From the NCBI GenBank assembly GCA_037379345.1, contig CM074517.1, positions 23,436,001-23,500,000 of the forward strand: 64,000 nt of DNA. The letters run 5' to 3'. Source of the stretch: Perna viridis (taxonomy: Eukaryota). Of the stretch, positions 26,271 to 41,200 are shown piece after piece (positions within the stretch are counted from its first letter, which is position 1; each line of letters begins with the position of its first letter). Below the pieces are notes generated by a model. It was not told where the DNA came from, searched no databases, and saw only the letters and a list, made by a program, of their open reading frames with translations. Both the position numbers and the translations under genes were made by a program.

Positions 26271-29200
26271 TTATGTTAAGCTTGACGTCGTACTAGAAGC
26301 ACTACTTAAATTACCAGTGCTAGATGAGTTGGAGAGAGGTAACGTTACTGGTAGTCTCAGAGTACTTAGTGGATCTGATACATAACCTGTAAGTATAAAA
26401 GTTAAAATAGTTACTGTGGATTTGCTATAGTTCATGGGGTATTAATTTTCATAATTTTCATGTGTAGGCCAAACCATGAAATTCAGTTCCCAACAAAAAT
26501 GAGATTTTCATTGATGTGTATACTAAAAACCCCAAAACCACAAATTCAAGAATCCACTACCTTGTTATTCTTCCCTATTCCACGAAAACTGGTACATGTA
26601 TTCACGAATACAAGTACTTTCAGAGTATCCTATATAAAGAAAACATTGCACTGTGCAATAACATCATACTTATGAATATTGCTGGTGACACTTAAAACAG
26701 GGACTTTCACATGCCTTCAAACTGTGGTTTAATTTTTATGTACTCATTAAATTTCTCCTCATGTCATATTTTGCTGATATTGTTTAGATCTATACTCGAC
26801 GTCATATATAGCACATTTTCGAATTGAAGCTCTACTTTTTAAACCGTCGGGACTTACCACAAGACTTGTCTCTCTTTTATTTAATCTGAAGATAGTTCGC
26901 ATATATGCATGACGTGTTAGTACCAACGAGTCGCTTATTGGCATAAATCATGTGTAACTAAGCGTTACGGGAAAATTCCATACTAATACCCGCCATGTTG
27001 GTTTCTACGGGACGATTTGTTTACAAATGAAGTTTGTAAGTTCCCGTCGAACTCCGGTGACAATCGTCTGCATGATCAACTTCTCGGTATTGTACTTTGT
27101 TCGCATAAAATAAATCTGAGATATCCGAACTAATGCCGAAATGCATTCTGGGTTCTTCAATTTTTGGCCAAACCATTTAAACGTAAACAACATCTCCTAG
27201 CAACCCGATCACTGTAAACATGGCCGACTTTTGAGAATGTAAATATTGGGACCGAGAATTAAAATCTCACCGGAGTTTAACAATTCAATGTTAAGGGAGA
27301 AGCCGTTTGGCTAAACAAATGAGCAAGTCATTTAAGACAATTTAAACAATGGTAGGTGTCAATAAAGTCGTAGAAAATATTTTTATTCAAATTTTAACAG
27401 TATCTTATTTATGTGATGCCGAGTATAGAAAATGTAGAGTGCTCTAACAGTGTTAATATTAGCAGATACTGTCTACAGATCGTATCTGGCTTATCAGAGT
27501 TTGGGGTTAACAATGTTAACATTAAATACAGCACTGCTCTCAAAAAGCAAGATTATGAAAACCTTTGTTAACAGATCATTTGCGGAACAATCATTGCCTC
27601 TGGATATAGTAGGTAATGGAATGACCAATGAACAATTAGTTTACTGATAAGCTTAAATTCGTCAGATTGTACTTAGGAATATTCTGTTTACCTACCATTT
27701 TTATCAATAGTTGGGAACTGTAGTCTTCTTCTAATTTCCTCCACTGATACACAGCTGTAAATAAAGTAAGAATAATGAATCTGTGAACGATAGCCATGTT
27801 TAAAAGGTAAAAAAAAAAACTAAATACAAATTAAATATGAATAAGATGTAAAAACAAATTGATAAATGTGAGCCAAAATTTTCGGCTTTACAGCCTTCAT
27901 TAAGGGCAAAAGGTATTGACGATAAAACTGTCAATTCCTTCCAAAGAGACAAGGTGCCCTCCAAAATTGATGTAAAAAAAGGTAATTCAGTATCTTTTTA
28001 CTGCATTTTATTATCAGAATAAAAGTTTTATGAACACTGCAAAATATTATTTCCAATTTAATTGTTTTATAGAGAATTTTTCTTACCATCTTGTTCATCA
28101 GAATATCTGCTTAGTCAATTAAAATGCTCCTTAAAATTCAAATACATAATCTAATATTTATATCACATAATTTTTTATCAAACATAGTTTTTGTAAACTG
28201 AAACGTGTGTAAACAAATAGTTTTTGTAAAGCACATGACAACCATTCTAATTTTAAATTGGAAACATTCAATAACTCAAAAATAGCAACAAAAAAAAACC
28301 CTACAAGGAGTTCTTAAAGTACTGTATCAATGGTGCATGGGAAGTGGAATACCATAATTTATCTACTAAACCAGGTTGTATTATAAAAACCATTATAAGC
28401 ATTGTGTGGGGTTTAATGAGGGATGATTTTACAAGATCAAGAAACAAAGCAGAAATTGTCAAAATTGAAAGTAAATATGCAGTACAAAAAATACGAATTT
28501 TAACAGTAAAATCTGGATTTGAAATAGCAGAATTCCGCTTAAAAGCAGAAAAATATCCTCCCTGTATAATAACCTGCTGTTTCTATTGGCTTCTAGCTCC
28601 CATTTGTTTCTCAGAGCAGACACTGTCCCCACAACAGGAGGTGTAATCCTCCCCTCGTCCTCTGATTCGTCATCTTTGATTTGAGGTAATGGAGAGGTAA
28701 AGTGAGCCACTAAACTTGCTGTAGAGGAGGTATTATTGATAGTCCCAGCAGCTTGAGATTCTCGACACTCTTCAATGAAAGGTAAAATCTCACGAAATTC
28801 TGGACGATCCTATAATTAGAATAGATATTACATTATCAACTTTGATACAATTAAGGACTTGTCACTGAACTTGCTAAATGTGAACAGATTAAGCAGAACT
28901 ATATCATCCTGTTTTTCTTCAGGTTCTTTTTATTAAAACCACAAAAAATGAAATCAATGAAAGTGAATGAAGCCACAGTTATTTGGATATGAAAATTGTA
29001 TACATACACAAATGTCTATAGACTTCATTTAAGTTAATACCTCTGGATTAGCATGCCAACCTCTCTGTAGAAATGCCACAATAGGTTTAGGAAAGGTAAG
29101 AGCTATTGGAGGTCTAGAGTTGTGATACGCCATTTCTGCAGCTGCAGCAGCTGTAATACAGAATGTTCAAACAGTTAAAAACATATTATGATACAGTCTA

Positions 29201-32200
29201 CTATACAGGCAATTTTTTTTCATATTACACCTCATTTCACATTAATATTGTGTTAATTTTTTATGTTAAATTCATGCTACTTTACTCTATTAATTTTAAT
29301 TGTCTGTGACAAGAGGAAATAAAGGAAAGTTGATTCATCAATCACAAAACTTTTGTAGGGTTTGGTAATGCTATCCTGAGACCATACCATCAACTGTTTA
29401 CCCGACTCAATGTGAGATTTACAATTCTACGATATAAAATCTGAATCTGAGTACATTTAGTACTAACCTGGCTTTAAATGAGCAAATGGGAGTTCTCCAG
29501 CGAGTAATTCCCAGAGACAGAGTGAGTAACTGAAAACATCAGCTTTAATGCTATATTTATTGCATTGAGTAAAGATTTCTGGGGCCATCCATCTTAAATT
29601 CTGAAACAAATGAAATGTATAAATAGTTTCTATCTTCTCTTCTTGGTTTCTTTTTTTATCTGCAGACAAACTTAAAGGAATCCTTAGATTTATAAGATTT
29701 GTACAATCTAAGGATCTGCTTTACAGTTACATACACTGCAAAATGTTTTTCTTTCAAAAATCTGTCTTGTATTAAAAAGAACTTTTTCTTCTGTCTTAAA
29801 CCTAGTGAAAATTTTGGGTTGTTTCAGAACAGCTTTTATTTAAAAAAAAGAAAAAAATTATATGGTATATTGGTTGCAAACTTACCCCAGGTTGTTTGGT
29901 CATGTTATCTTCAGTTGACCTCAGAAATCTGGATTCTGAAATAAGACAATAAAAAATATTCCAAGAGTTACAAATCAAAGTTCAAGCAAATAAGTATCAG
30001 CAACTGCAAGTTATAAGATTATAGTCTGTGCCACTTTTCCTACAAAACCTTCAGAGAAAGTACTATAAAAAGTACTCTAAAAAAAAAACTACAAAAACTG
30101 TGAGCACACAATCACTCAACGATACCCGCACATCTCAAATGGTCATAATACATGTATAAACAAAGTCATCAAACAATAAGTTGAGTTTCTTGCTTGAGCC
30201 TGAAATTGCATCCCATGATATGGCATACCAGTACAGTCCTTGAACCGATCCGCACAATGATTTGACGAATTGATGACCGTTGACTGATTGATTGCTGACG
30301 GATCGATGACCGATTACCGGTGACCGATCTGATCACAGTTGTGTTACATAAAATGACGTAAGATCTGTTTTAAATTTAAGAAATGTAAAATAAAAGTATA
30401 AATTAATGTTTATATCTATTACATTATGTAAATATGTGTAAAATTAATAAAGCAAACAACAAAAACAGTAAAATACATTGACCGCTATGTGGTCACGTGA
30501 TGCGATCACCAGTTAAATGGATCGGTTTGACAAATCGATGACTGACCAGAAACTAATCGGTGATCGATGACCGACCCCAATTTTTGTTGCACGGATCGGT
30601 TCAGGTACTGTATAAAGCATTAGCATTAAGTGCCTACCTCCAAAATCAGCAACTAAGGCATGCCCATCATCATCCAATAGTATATTGTGACTGTTTAAAT
30701 CTCGGTGGATAATTGGTTGTGGAAGGTTGTGAAGGTACATCATACCCTTAGCAACATCACTGGCTATGGTCAGCTTGGATTGTAGGTCTATTAATCTAAA
30801 ATACATGTACATATATAAATATCAGTAATCTAACATGTTACTACAGATGTAAAGCAATCACAATTTGACTGTTTCTTAGTTCAAGCAAGCATTTCAATAA
30901 CTGTGTAACTAAAAGCAGAGGCTTTTGATCTACTAGATTTTACTACAGAAATTGGTTCATTTCCATATTATTTGATCAAGCAGAACAAAAATAAAATTAT
31001 CTATAGAGCACTGTCCAACACCTACAAAGTTTCTCTCAATTTGTTATCATTTTCAAGACATTTACATGTATATAAAGCTAAAAAACTAAAAGATAATTAT
31101 TCTTTACTTTTCAATGGCAATACCTCTTAATATTATACATTTATGATTTTCATTTGTTTACTTTCATAGATATAATTGCCGGTCTATATAACGTCATATG
31201 GACCAGTGGGAAATTATATGGACTGCCTTACTTTCAAATTAAGAACTGGATGTCATAATTTAAGAAGATGTGTACAGTCTAGAGTAAACTATTTATAAAA
31301 AGTACTTTAGCAAATAAATAAGGTCACATTGCAATATATGGACTGGTCGGTTGCCCCAAAAAGGTTCAATGGACCACAGCTAAGCTTCAGTCCATATAAT
31401 TTTTGGGGTGACCAACTGATCTATATATTGCCATATTATCCTCAGCATCATGAATTATTTGCTAAATAAGAATCTGCAATACAACTTTGAGCTTTGGAGA
31501 CATGATCACATTATCAAATACCTCAAAAACTAATATATTATATTAATCATTCTACTTCAATATGTAATGCACCCGTAGATAAAGCTGATATACCTTTTGT
31601 GTTCATGTAGTATACTGAATACTGATCCACCACTCACATACTGGGTAACTATTGCAAATTGCTGATAATGATAAAATGAGAATTAATGATAAATAAGGGG
31701 TAACAATGGCAAGTTACTGATAACAACAAAGCAAGAATGAATGAGAGATAACAAAAGTCTGAAATCCAATTCAATTATCATTAGAAAATGAAATAAAGGA
31801 ACTGAATTGATAGAGGATACAATTTTGGAATTAACATTCTAAAATAATCTTATCGCTTTTTGTTTGTTTGTTGGGGTTTAACATCCGAGCAGCAATATTT
31901 CAGCTATATTCCGACGATGAACATGAAATTAATGATAAAATGAACATGAAATGATGATGAAATGAAAAAGGGATGGGACACAAGGACAAAGGGGTCGACA
32001 AATTTTGATTGCCACTAGAAATAGGGAGAGGTGGGTAGGGTCGCCTCCTGTGTGGCGGAGCCCTATGGTTCCTACTCCGGGAGAAAACCACAGTAGGGTT
32101 CTTTAACGTGCGAGGAACGTGGCATTTTTCCCAACACGGTGCACCACTATGGATTGCGGTCAGGTTTTCCGTATTATAGCCTGACAACCCCAGCATGTAA

Positions 32201-35200
32201 TATGCCAGGGGTACCCCATTCCACCACTTGGGGCACACATCCAAGTTGCTCTGTGGGCAGAGCGCCTAGCCCCCGGCTAGGGTTCTGAGCACTATTTAGT
32301 CGCCTTTTACGACAAGCTTAGCGCTGCTGCAGGCCTATTCTTTTGACACCCGGACCTGCACGAGTCTAATCTTATCGCAAATTATTTTTACAACATATGC
32401 TCAATTAAAATGACAAGCTGTAAAATGTTTTTATTTGTTCATGTTAGAAGATCTAGGTCACAATGTCTGAAGTCTTTATTCCAGTTTTTTATGTTAAATG
32501 GAAAATACAATCACACTTATTTCTAATATATACTGACCACTACACTAAATTTGTGACTAGTTGGATCTGAAATTATAGCTCGAATGAAAAATTTGTTTTT
32601 TTTTCTTCAAAATATAATTGGACATATATAACTTTCATTTTAAATGCTTCTCTAAATGATCTACTTACACTAGGGTCATCCAGCGTGGCTCCTACAAAGT
32701 TGATCACATAAGAGCTGTTCAACTTGGATAAAATGGCTACTTCTCTACAGAACATATCTACATCTGACTTGGCACCAAAGGAATTCCCCCTGTATCTATA
32801 AATAGAAAGTAACAATAAGGCATTGTAAGTATTATATACGAACCAACTGAAAATAGCCATACGTTCTGCAGATATAATTTGAATTGTTCACCAGTAATAA
32901 CATTCTGGAAATTATGCCGCTACATGGCACACACACAATGATACATTGTATAATTAAAGCAAAAATTACTTTGAAATTACTTCCTCAAACTACACTAAAT
33001 CATGTGTCAAGTTACTGGAAATAAGTTGAAAGTACATATTAATGGTTTATATAAATTTTCAAACGTGAGTTGAATCTTTGTTTTCAAACCTTTCAAATTT
33101 CAATATAACTAAGCAATTTAACTACATTGATAAAAGTTACAAACAACTAGATAACTGAAATGAAAAAGTCAACATAAGATAAAACCATCATTTTGCTATG
33201 TCAATTGCTATACGAAAAAATCTTAGTACAACACTGTTACCAATGTTATAAATAGTAGATACTTAACCAGATTAATAAGAATACCTTTTGATGGCAACAG
33301 TTTTTCCACCACATAAACCTTTGTACACTTTTCCAAATGACCCACTACCAATGGGTTCCTGGAAGGTAAGGTCTGTCAGTTGTAACTGAAACTGACGTGG
33401 TAATGTAGCCCGTAACTGTAATACATCTATCTTTTCTAAAATAATACAAGGTAGAAAATACAGGTATTTCTTCTACAAAGTTCCTCATTATTCTTGTTTT
33501 GTTTAATGCATTTTTTCTCTCTGTTTGGCCAATAAGTAGACAACATTCCTTCTTCTGTTTTAAACAATATGGTGGTAACATAGATATTGTTAATTTAAGA
33601 AATAAATCAAGGAAACTCATTAAATAAATCATTGTTTTACCACGGGAGGGCCATTTACATCGCACTGTTTTACCAAGAGCAATAGCGAGGGGTTAAATAA
33701 CGACATAAATGGCCAGCCTGTCGTAAAACAATGATATAATGAAGTTTAATTCAATTCTAATAGGACTAGTTTATTTCATATTTTTAAAAGACCCAGTCTG
33801 TATGTTGTACAAAATGTTGGTCATGTGTTTATCACTTTTTTACTGTGGCTGTAGTCTGAAAAGCTTTTTAAAAAACACATCAAATTAAAACAGTATTTTC
33901 TCCACACCTCTGTTTCACATGAAGCCATAATGAGATTTTAATTTACATGCTGTAATAAATAGAAATTGACATCAGGATTGAAAGTATTTCTTATTACTTT
34001 TAAGAACATCTTAAATCAAACATTATCTGATTTAATGTTGTGCCTTTATGTATAAATGATAATTGGAAGCACTCAGAAGAGTTTTCGTAAGAAACACCTT
34101 CATCAATTTCCCAATATACACATAAATAATCACTCACCTCTTGTCATACTTTTGAGTTTACCAAGGGGTGAAGGCACAGAGACATAGGACCCCTCTTGTC
34201 CTGGCTGGGAGTAGTCCCCACAGGCTGACTCTTCCTGGGGTAACTTATGGTGCTTCAGTAAAGTTACAATGGCATCATGCCCTAAGTAAGTGATAAAAGA
34301 AAACAAGTCATGGAAAATCTTCTGTTGTTACTATCAATATATCCTGAATTTTAGGTTTTGTATATTCTGTATGTAAAGTATGACAATAGGATGACTGAAG
34401 ATATTAAAATCATTTCACACATGGAATAACATATTACATTTGAAATGATAATATAGTACGATATGACTATATGATAGTCAATTAGGTTGCAATGATGATT
34501 GTAGAACTTTTGGGGTATAACCATTATATTTGGGCTATGTCTCATTATATCCATACCTTGCTCATAAGCCCACATAAGGGCAGTTTGATCCTCAACTTTC
34601 TCCCCATCCTCCTTTTGTTCTATGACTTGTGCTGTGAGATTCATATCAGCCCTCCACTCCAAAAGAAACTGTACCACCCTGATGTGTCCATGGTAACAGG
34701 CACTGTGTAATGCTGAAACGAACAACAAATAAATACCTATAACTTTGCTCAATGACCTGAATTTCAAAAGAGGACTAATCCTAAGTGAGGATATTTGCTT
34801 TGTTGTCAGGAAAACTGGTATCATTTATTTTACTCTACCATTCTTTTCTGTTTACAAACATGTTTATAATTGTTTTACCAACTTAATATTACTGAAATCA
34901 ACTGCAGATTTATTTTCCCATCTTTTTTTTCTATTTTTTTCAACCATTGCTTTGCCATTTTAAGAACACATACTTTTCATGCCTTTCCCTTAATCCACCC
35001 TGGTGATGTAGAAATGTCACTTACCAGTATGTCCATCTTTACCCTGGTAATTAATGTCAACACTAGGTTGCTCAAGAAGGAACTTGATCAGTTCTAGACT
35101 TCTCCCATTAGTACATGCACTATGTAGGGGAGTCTCCCCAAAAAGGTTCTCCATCACTAAGCTATCAGGTCCAGTGAGAGATATCAGCTGTTTAACTACT

Positions 35201-38200
35201 TCTACCTTGGCATTATAACAGGCTCTGGAATTAAAATATCAGGTCAGAAATTATAAGAAAACAAAGAAAAACCTAGATTGCAAGAGATCTGGTGATAGGT
35301 GTTCAAAATAACTAGAAATGAATAAAGAATAATGTATTGCAGAAACTCTTTGCTATTTTCCCAAGGATTTTGAAACAGGAAACAAGCTTGTCAAATTTAA
35401 AATAAATTGTCTCTAAATTTCTTCTCATTCTAAAATTTCTGAAGTGCCAAAAAACTAAAAGGATAAAGCTTGTTAAACAGTATTAAGAAATATATTTTTA
35501 GAGCACTGAAGTCACAAAATGGGCAAAAAACATAACAGTGACAGCATACATATGCCATATTTTTAAGAGATGTCTGCTATTCATTTAAAGTGTTCACCAT
35601 GGGCATTGAGGTTATTTCAAATAGACCAAAAAAATATAAAAGTCATTCCTTATAATTTAAATTAAGTACCAAAATCCAACATGTACATCATTAAAAAAGT
35701 TTGATGACATCACAGTCATTACAAAATTTGGTCTATGTGAAGATAAACAAAATTTTTGATCCAATCAAAAAACGTGTTACTTGTGAAATTAAATTATTAT
35801 TTGATAATAAATAAATAAAATTCTAAGGTATAATTGTTCAAGTTTTGTTCACCTAAAAAAAGCAAAAATCATATAATTAACAGTAAGTATTGGTTCACTC
35901 TCAAACTGCCTGGTTATTTCCACTTTATCCATGTACTTACAAATGAAGAGGTGTATCACCATAGATGTTTTCACCATGTGCATCAGCATTATGTTCCAGA
36001 AGATAGTGAAGAACCATCAGATGGCCAGATTTACAACAGAAATGGATTGGTCTGTGGTTTTCTTCATCTGTTACATTAACTGTTGACAAAATTATTATTT
36101 TGAACATATTCTAATTTGAATGAATATTGGTGTGTTTATTTTGTATAAATGCACGAATAAACATTCAACATCAAAATACTATATTAGTTTTTGTTATTAC
36201 GATCACGTAACTGATGAAGGTTCAACCAGAAAAGTATGTTTTCATGCTAAGAATATATACAATATATACTAGATGTGAGCTGAGTCTTCCCTACATTTAT
36301 ATCATATATTTAGATTAAAATATGCCTTTTTTGTATAAGGATTGTAAGTGTTTGTTTAAACCCTATATTGTTTACCCTATATCACACCTCTAGACCTATA
36401 TCACACCCCTAGACCTTTATCTCATACCCTATACCACACCCAACAGAGAACACACTCAAAGTTTATGTAAAATATTTGATACAATGAACATGACATGTTA
36501 AAATCTGTATCACATGTAGTATAAACCCTCAACATATATCATCCTGTGGGCTAATGGCCCTTGGGTTGATACTGAGTGCAATACAGATTTTGACATGTAA
36601 CATTCAGTATATATCATAAATTTTCTACTACATATACTTGAAGCATAAAGAATATCATAAGATTGCTCAATGATGTGTTATTTGGATTGGAAAAAAAAAC
36701 AATATCATATTAAGTTTATCATATGTTTAAATACTCAGACATGTACATGTAAAATGTTAATCATGTAACCTCAATCTTTTGGGATGCCTTATTAACTATT
36801 GATATACTGTCACTGATACATGATACTGAGCTTATGTCAATCACATATGTAGAAAAACGTATATTTTTTCACCATATGATATAGCTCTATAACATCAAAG
36901 CACAGATTATCACTTTTGAAAGCATCATAAAAATTTAAAAGTAACAAACAGCTTCTTACTGATTAATTCTAATTAGATATTATATTAACTGCTTTTCTAT
37001 GTTATTCATATTCAAATTTGATGATATGATGAAGTGTTAGTGGCATCATATATACATGGAGTCAGATACATGAATGACTAAAAATCATTCTCTCAGTAAT
37101 GACCGGACTTATTTGGAAGTGATGGCTTCAACTTTTAAAGCAGGCATAGATAGGGTGTTCTAGAAAGTTTGGAATAATCCCATAGATCAAGGCATCAAAA
37201 TGCAACATTAACAAATTCCTGATTTGAGTCTAAATAGCTATATCTTCACAGGTGTGTCTAAAATCATGTAAACTGGTAAATTGTGACAAATGCTGTAATA
37301 AAATGAATGTTGGTGGGCTTTATGTTTCCCTAGTAACAAGATTAAGTTATTTCACAGACAATATTGTTGGACAGGGAAAATATTTGTTAAGATGAAATAA
37401 TTCTATTCAAAAATGTGAGGTGACTGTAAGATGTTTTCATATACCTGTGGCTAATGTATAACTTCAGCTATCCAACTGAGTCATTTTAACAGGAAAATAT
37501 GCATTGGTCCAGTGACATTCTAAAGAGTCTAAATGTTGCAACAATCGACAAGTAAAAATAAAGATTGGCAAGGTGTTTTGAATAATATACAAATTTTTCA
37601 CAGGTGAGCTGCTCACCATCAGTAGTGTTACTTTACTACCCTTTACTGTTGCAGATGGTGAGGAACAACATTTTCACCTCTAGATTTCCACTACAGAAAT
37701 ACCTATTACCTAACACAAATGACTCAATTGAATGGCTGGAGTGATACAATAGTCACAGGTAGACAAAACATCCACAGTAATCTCACATTAATTTTACCGT
37801 GTAGCTTTACCTTACATAATTGTTACATACCATCTGCCTTTTGTTTGGATGTTCCATTAACCAATAATTTAGTGATATTTAGATGACCTTTAGAGCATGC
37901 TAAGTGTAATGGTCTGTCACCAACACCTCCAGATATGTTTACATCAGCACCTTGTGAAATTAATAAATCTACAACCTGAAAAAAGACACAGAAATTGTCA
38001 AGAGTTGAATGATGAAATACAACATCATGAGCAAGAGAGAGAAATTATAGCCTATAATGAATTCATGAAGAGGCAAATTTTTTGATAATGCAATACTTGA
38101 AAATCATTCACACATATCATATTCTACTTTAGAGAGGCTTCGACATAGTTATTACAGAATAATGGCAGTTTTGAAGTTTTGAAGATGAAACAGAAAAAAT

Positions 38201-41200
38201 AAGAGTGAGTCGTCGAGATTGAGATTCAATGGTTTGTCGAGACTCAAAACTGGTGTTATTTTGTTTATTGGTAACACCACAGTTAATTTGAAGTAATGTT
38301 GTTATTTGGATATTGAAGTAATTTTTTAGTATCAGGGCAGTAACCCGAGATAGAAAAAATGTCTGGAAGTAACTATGACAGAAAAACGATAGAGTTACCA
38401 ATAGAAGTTGAAGTATCCCACAATTGAAATATCATTTAATTTAGAAAATATTTGTTGATTTGATAGACCTACAAAGGGAAACAATATACCAGGGTAGGAA
38501 ACTGACTCAAATTCCAGCCAGTCCTGAATACAATTTTTCAATAGTAAGTATATTTACTTACTATATGGCTATATAAATTTTTGCTAAAATTAGCCAGCCC
38601 CGCCAAAAAATAGCCAGACTTTGACTGGCGGGCAGGCTACTATTTCTAACTCTGAATATACAACTCAAAGTGGTAAGCTGTATAAATACAACATACCTTA
38701 TCATGACCAAAGTTACAGGCTAGGTGTAATGGAGAAAACTTTACAGCATCCCCTTGGTTTATTTCTGCTCCATTCTCAAGTAATAAACTGGTAATCTACA
38801 AAAAATAATATGCAGCATAAAAGCATACACACTGTACTCGAGTAATATGACAGAGGCAATGGCTTTATATGTATAGAGTAGAACTGTTTTTTAAAGAGAC
38901 AAATATCCCCCTGTGACTGCTAATGAGCTAAGTTAAACCAAATGACATCAAGTGCTGCCATATGCCAGGAACTGACAAGCCAATTAAACTGTTGAATAGT
39001 TTATTCCAATAGCACAGAATGATGTAATATGCGAATGCATATGCCTATGGTGAAAAGCTACAAAGAGAAATGAAGCTTCCTTATAACATAGGTTTAAGCA
39101 CATAAAAATCAACAACAATGCGTCAAATAACCAAAAATGCATGTACAATAAACCTAATCTACCAAATATCAGTTATGAATACTAACTGTAAACATAATCA
39201 ATCATACATCTCAAATACCTAAATTACCCACAAAATTACAAAGCATTCATCATACATAAAGAAAGACACATATTCCTACCTATAAACAGCAATTAACACT
39301 TTTGATGACTCCCATGTACACACATGGCGCGCACCCATGTATGTAACTTGTAACTATAAAAATCGATTAACATACACACCTACAGTCATTTCACAGGTAA
39401 ATGGGTGAACAGAAATAATTACATTTAACAGAAAGAAACGGGCAGAAAAGTTATCGTTTATACAAATACGATAACTAGAACACATTTAACCAGTAATAAT
39501 ACAAAAATTAACTGACATCGTGGTATCAGAAGGATTAATAAGCCGAAAATGAGGGGCTCTGACAGAGCGCCGTAGTAAACTAACGGTAACCTCCGGAATG
39601 ACAACCGGACCGATTTCCGGAAAATATGGAACATCAATAACCAAAAATACAGGGGTCGTGACTACCCCAGTTTAGGATGTGTCATGCTTAAGTATATACA
39701 TTTGTACCAGTATTCACATCTTTTATAAAACTTGTTGAAACACTAACTAATCCACCACAATATGCAAATTTTTATACAGTAATCTAACAATGGATAAATT
39801 TTCACGAAAATCCAGTGAAAAAAGTACTTATCCACAGTAGATTTTGTTATCAAGGGTCTGATTGTAATTTATCATCCATTGGCAGATATTTCATGCATTT
39901 CAGGAAAAGAAAGCTTTTTCAATCAAACAGACCCGTCCTTGTACTACGCCAACATTCTGTGCAAGATTTTTACTGTGCTAGCTCAAAGAAACAACAGCCT
40001 TCAGAAAGGCATGTCATCCAAGCTGAACTTTTTTGGGTAAGTTTTACAAAATATATTGAATACATATACAGTAAAACTTTGGTAACTCGAACTCAAAGGG
40101 ACCATCCAAATGTGTTAGAAAATTTCCTTCATTTTTGTTGTTGCCGATCTAAGTTACTATATCGTTAGAAATTGCTTATTTCCTACAAAGTTGTTTAGTT
40201 CTGGGAATTTTTATTTGTTTTCAGAAGATTATGTTTATATGTAGACTGTGTCTGAGAAATCCTGGGTGTTTGAGCCATTCTAGTTGAGGGTGACTGAAGT
40301 ACATCTGTATTTAAAGATAAATTGTATTCTTCAGTCTTATCTGCATAATAAAACCGTTAAAGTACCAGTTGAAAATCATTTTATTGTATATTATCATGAT
40401 TAAAGACTTTTTTCTGCAAATATCCACAACAAAAGTAACTTTGATTTTTTATTGGAATATACAGAACTAAAATATTAAGACAAAAAAATGATCAAATTTT
40501 TAACTGAAATACATGTAGGTAAAGAAAACTATAACCTATGCCATTACCTCAGAGTGCCCACACATTGCTGCAATATGCAGAGGAGTAATACCACTATTTC
40601 CTGCCAAGTTGATACCAACATTGTCATGTTCTAATAGATATTGTACACATTCAATATCGCCCTGAAAAATGATTGGTATGAAGAGAGAAAATATTTACAA
40701 GTAATGATTTTCATTTAGCAGTTTCCTTTTATGGATACCAAAGAGATGTGTTAATCAGCCAGTAAATGTTTTTAATATTGAAAGTTTTTGCATTCATATC
40801 TTCAGCTTCAAAGTACACAAATTTGAACCATATTTTATGTTTAATATACATGAAGTAGCAGTAAGGAAATATGAAATTTAATCACAAACCTTGTATGTAG
40901 CCAGATGTAAAGCTGAGAACTGGTTCTTTGTAAGGCAACATGACTGAACACCATTCCCTATCAACAGATCTACTAATGACCTGCTTGCTGAAATTAAAGC
41001 CAGTACTGGTAATTTTAAGAAAACATAACTGTACATGTACAACTGACTTCCAGTAAAAACTAAAGAATAAGTTAATGAAATGAAAAAGTACTTACATTCT
41101 GATACATATAAGGTTCTTACAAATGGTATGTGCCTGCATTTGTTGTTTGCATTTTGTCTCTTGTTTTTAATTTAGATTACAACTTACTGCTATAAGCTGG

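Noticed and set aside
27866-27907. Hammerhead-like remnant on the minus strand (TTAATGA-AGGCTGTAAAGCC-GAAA)
   Set aside because: The CUGA core is altered and no stem I/III can be drawn; at most a decayed relic. Similar weak matches near 2222 and 36212 also fail.
31900-32244. 114-aa minus-strand ORF
   Set aside because: Lies wholly inside the TSD-flanked SINE-like insertion; no recognisable domain.
39094-39691. Possible TTAA-flanked element with a CpG-rich interior
   Set aside because: Only 7 bp of terminal match (TTAAGCA); the boundaries cannot be supported.
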